The notes under the pieces were generated by a model, which made no database searches, was not told where the DNA came from, and saw only the letters and a list, made by a program, of their open reading frames with translations. DNA of 64,000 nt. Source: Raillietiella orientalis. Its lineage: Eukaryota. The position numbers and the translations under genes were made by a program. Shown here one piece after another: positions 60,700-64,000 of the stretch. Each line of letters starts with the position of its first letter. Position 1 is the stretch's first letter. The stretch spans positions 4,960,001-5,024,000 of the forward strand of contig JAYWIR010000008.1 of NCBI GenBank assembly GCA_036172245.1, given 5' to 3'.

Positions 60700-61330
60700 C
60701 ACGCTGCCTCCTCCTCGCGTGCAGTGTTCTCCGGTTTGCGTAACTGGAGGTTTGCCCTCGGATCCAGGTTCAGCAAGTTCTGGATGGTTGACGGGGCTCT
60801 TTCGGGAAGACGGGAACATCCACACGAAACACCGAGTTACGTACCTGCAACGGCCTGGACCTCAAAGGACCGTTCTATGATCTCGTGCCAGGAGTGAAGG
60901 ACAGGGTCATCCTGACATCTGCAAATGGCCTTCCATCTGTTCTAACCAAGTCATCATCGATCTGAGCCTTCTCCTTGGGCCGGGCTTCTTGCTTATGGGT
61001 CACGCGCTCACTTCCTGCCTGCTTGCGCCATCCGTAAATGGTCGTCGGGAGTCTTCGGCGAAACCGAAGCGTGAACACGTGCTCACCTATGGAACAATGA
61101 CCTGGCATCGAGTCGGGGTCACGCCCTTCTGCAAAGACCGCAGTGCCCGTCGGCGCTCGCAAGAATGGCGAACTTCCTGAGGAGACTCCAACTCCACCTG
61201 TGAGTCCCCCTAGTCCATCCCCCTGAAAAGAAGGGAAGGTGCATCCGGTCACCGAGTCGCGAGCTGCTGGTCCCGTCGGATCTTCAAGGGAGGCTGCGAA
61301 GTTATCTCTCGCTGCACCTGAAGCCGTTCC
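60700..61330 (-). mobile_element. Possible LINE ORF1 relic
   Basis: RRM-like HVFTLRFRRRLPTTIYG, VRNSVFRVDVP and a broken C..(C)GSEG knuckle. Confidence 0.3.
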
Positions 61331-62364
61331 TCTCCGATCTTCCCCTCAGCACGTACTTAGCGCCTAATTTCGGGGTTAGGGGGGGTGTTCTTTCGTTTTC
61401 CTTTCCCCTCTCCTGAGCCTGGATCTGGAAGGTGGTCGTCCCAGGCAACAGATAAACGCACTCGTTGAGCATAAATCCCCCTTCTCGATGACTTCCGGGT
61501 GAGGGAAAACTATTCAGGGAACCAAAACAAAAGCAAAGGGCCGGCGACAGCAGAGAGTTGATTGAGGATGTTGAAAAGGGCTGATAGCCCAGCTCCCCTC
61601 TTCAGCCCACCCTAGAGTGCGTCCGGAGGGCGCGAGAGGACGCTTCCGAAATCCCTAGGGTGGTTTTTCGCGGCTCTGACGCCAGTCTCTTGGAGAACCC
61701 CTTGGAGGCTCCTCAGCATTTCTCCAAGACAGGGAGGAGCAGAGTTTCCGCTGTATTGTTACGGAAATTAGAGAGCAGCACTGCTGCAGCCTCTCTAGGG
61801 TGCCCTCCATTCCCACCCAGCTTTCTCATTAAAGGTCCTCCATAGGTAGATCCCCAGGGATCATTGGTTTGTGGGGGAGAAAGACTCCTGAAGTTTGCGA
61901 CTAACAAGGAGCATCGGATCACCTCTCAGGGGAGTTTTCCAGCTTTCCACCGTTCCTGCACCTGGAAGCAGGTGCTCACGGGGAGAGCAGTCTCGCGGTC
62001 CCTTGGGAAATACCGGGCTCTGAGCTTCGAGGCAGGAGGAGCATGGAGGACGGTGGGAAAGGGTAAGGAGAAAGAAGTGGGGTAGAAATTCTCGAAATAT
62101 ATCCCCTCTCAGAGTCAGACAGTCGATTCGGGGACCTTTGCCACGGGTCACTCGGGTCATCCACTCTCTGCGCTTGACCCGCTCGCTCCACTCGCCAGTT
62201 CTCGGCCGCTGCGTCCTCCCCTTCCCTCCCCAAGCCACCTGCCTCCGAGGCCTCCTCGACTCCCGATCGCATTCCTCCTGGGATCTCAAGGTCCTCCCGT
62301 ATAATCGGAGGTGGGTTGCCCGGCCAACAGCACTCTCTAGAGCTCCCAGTGGCGGCGGCCAGAT

Positions 62365-62385
62365 TGTACTGTACTGTACTGTACT
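62365..62385. repeat. (TGTAC)4 microsatellite
   Basis: Direct reading. Confidence 0.9.
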
Positions 62386-62534
62386 CGAAACTGCACTCCC
62401 GCTGGAGTAAAGTTTCGGGCTGGTCGGGCCTTCGGGCAGGATGGACGTCCAAGTGAGATGCCATCGGGGTAACCAACGGCTGCCATCCGACAGAATGCGC
62501 TGTCGGGGACCATTCGCGACCATTCGCAGCTGGA

Positions 62535-63290
62535 ATTTTCACCCGGTTTCTCCAGAGCGTTTGTTTCATATATATGAAAAAAAAAAAAACGTTCACAATC
62601 TCTGTGGTTGGACCAGTCCAGCCACGTGCGTTTCAACGGGGCCCTGCTGGGTTACCGGTACACAGGCCAGAGAGCTTCTCCATGGCAGCAGAGAGGGGGG
62701 AGGGGATAAGCAAAAAGAAAAGGAAATAAAAATAAAAATAAGTAAATAAACTTTGGGGTGGTCGTAGTGCAGGAAGGGATCACGTCCTGCTGTAGGCGGT
62801 CCTGTGCTCCTCTGCAGGATGCCGGCAAGCTCTCTCTACATGGTGGGATCATCTTGTTGCCATCCTCAAGAAGCGGACGGTACAGTGGATGGCATCCCTG
62901 TCGATGCGCCCTCCACTTAGGTCGCTCCGGCAGCGATGATCCCCGCTAGCAGCTCCCTGCTGCTAGCGAGACTGCCGGTCGAAGGGGGTCGCGTAGAGGA
63001 AAGGTTTTAGAGTCCCTGGAGTTGCCGCCGGGGTCGCAGCAAAGTGTTCCCAGAGGGGCCGGAGGGCAACACAATCCGCAAGCAGGTGCGGGAGGGATTC
63101 ACGCTCCCTGCACCTGGCGCAGTTCGGGTCCACACCCCTCCCGTGCCCAGTGATGTCGGCGCCAGGATCCGCAGCTGGGAGGCAGGTACGCTGGTGCATC
63201 CCAAAGATCGAAATGCCCTGCGTGGGGATGCCGAACATCTTGCACGTCCGACAGGAGTCTCTGGCCGTGCCTGGGCTGCTCACTGACTCC
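62535..63290 (-). mobile_element. LINE family A 3' end with CCHC knuckle
   Basis: VDPNCARCRERESLPHLLADCVALRPLW, TGATCCCTTCC, T tract, UTR module and terminal CCGGGTGAAAA. Confidence 0.88.
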
Positions 63291-64000
63291 ATTCTTTCAT
63301 CCCTTAGGGGTCCAGGAGCTTCCGCCGGAGAGGATCCAGGGAAGCACCTTCTTCAGGATCCCCGTCGAGGCCATCAGGCGAGAGGGAAGCAGGTCGACAG
63401 TCCAAGGTCTCCTTCCTTATCACGCTTCCCGTTCTCCTCGAAGCGTGGGAGGCGGCGCGCGGGGAGAACGAGAGGGGGGATTTTATCGCGTTGGCTCTCG
63501 GCATCCACGACCGGTTATCTCCCTGGGGTTTCCTAGGCGCGACAGACGAACGGGAAGTCTCCGTGACGCCCGTGGCCACCGGTGCCGCAGTTCTTTCTCA
63601 GGTGCTGGGAGGGACAGCCGGGTGAGGGAAGCAGTAGGGGCGACAGCGCGGGCGACAATGGGAGCAAAGGGATCGAGAGGAGTGAAACAGGGGGTAGGGA
63701 AAGAAAACCGTCCTGGAGAGCTGGAGGCGTCCGTGCTCCGTCGGATGCTGCAAGGAGCCGTCCGCTGTCAAGGCTTACTTGAGTTTCCGAAGGGAGGCGG
63801 CACCCACGAAGAGATCGCCAGGATTTCCGGGGAGCGAGACGCTATCGGAACGTTACCAGTGGTTCATCTGACCTCTATGCATGCTAAAGCCTGAGGGGTG
63901 GGAAAAAAGGAGGCCGGAGTGGCTTCTTCACCATTGGACGCTGGTCCGTGAAGTGTGGAGGAGAAACAAAAGGGCGATTTCCTCTTCCTCCCTCAAGGAA

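Noticed and set aside
61372..61386. TTAGGG telomeric seed
   Set aside because: Single copy, not an array.

Overview
Eukaryotic, GC-rich (roughly 55-60% by eye), repeat-saturated DNA. I recognise no intact protein-coding gene; the long ORFs in the track are antisense or shifted frames of GC-rich repeats. Three components explain most of the window. (1) About 20 decayed fragments of L1/Tx1-clade non-LTR retrotransposons: APE endonuclease, post-RT region, C-terminal CCHC knuckle and a structured 3' UTR, from several subfamilies and in both orientations. (2) About a dozen heavily frameshifted relics of DUF659/Dimer_Tnp_hAT-type hAT transposases, which occupy most AT-richer stretches; these were recognised by eye across frameshifts, so confidence is low to moderate. 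(3) At least 8 pieces of a tRNA-headed, multi-B-box, SINE-like retroposon with ~40-bp internal subrepeats. The most notable observation is that one LINE subfamily appears to insert at one site (ACCAGTGCCGCACC-like) and in one orientation inside the tRNA-headed element. One insertion has a perfect 14-bp target-site duplication, a second 3' junction and a probable 5' junction fall at the same site, and three empty sites are present. Also seen: covarying RNA hairpins at element 3' ends, a near-identical ~600-bp direct duplication, an 831-bp inverted duplication and several local inverted pairs. All protein assignments are motif recognition without database searches, and most boundaries are approximate.
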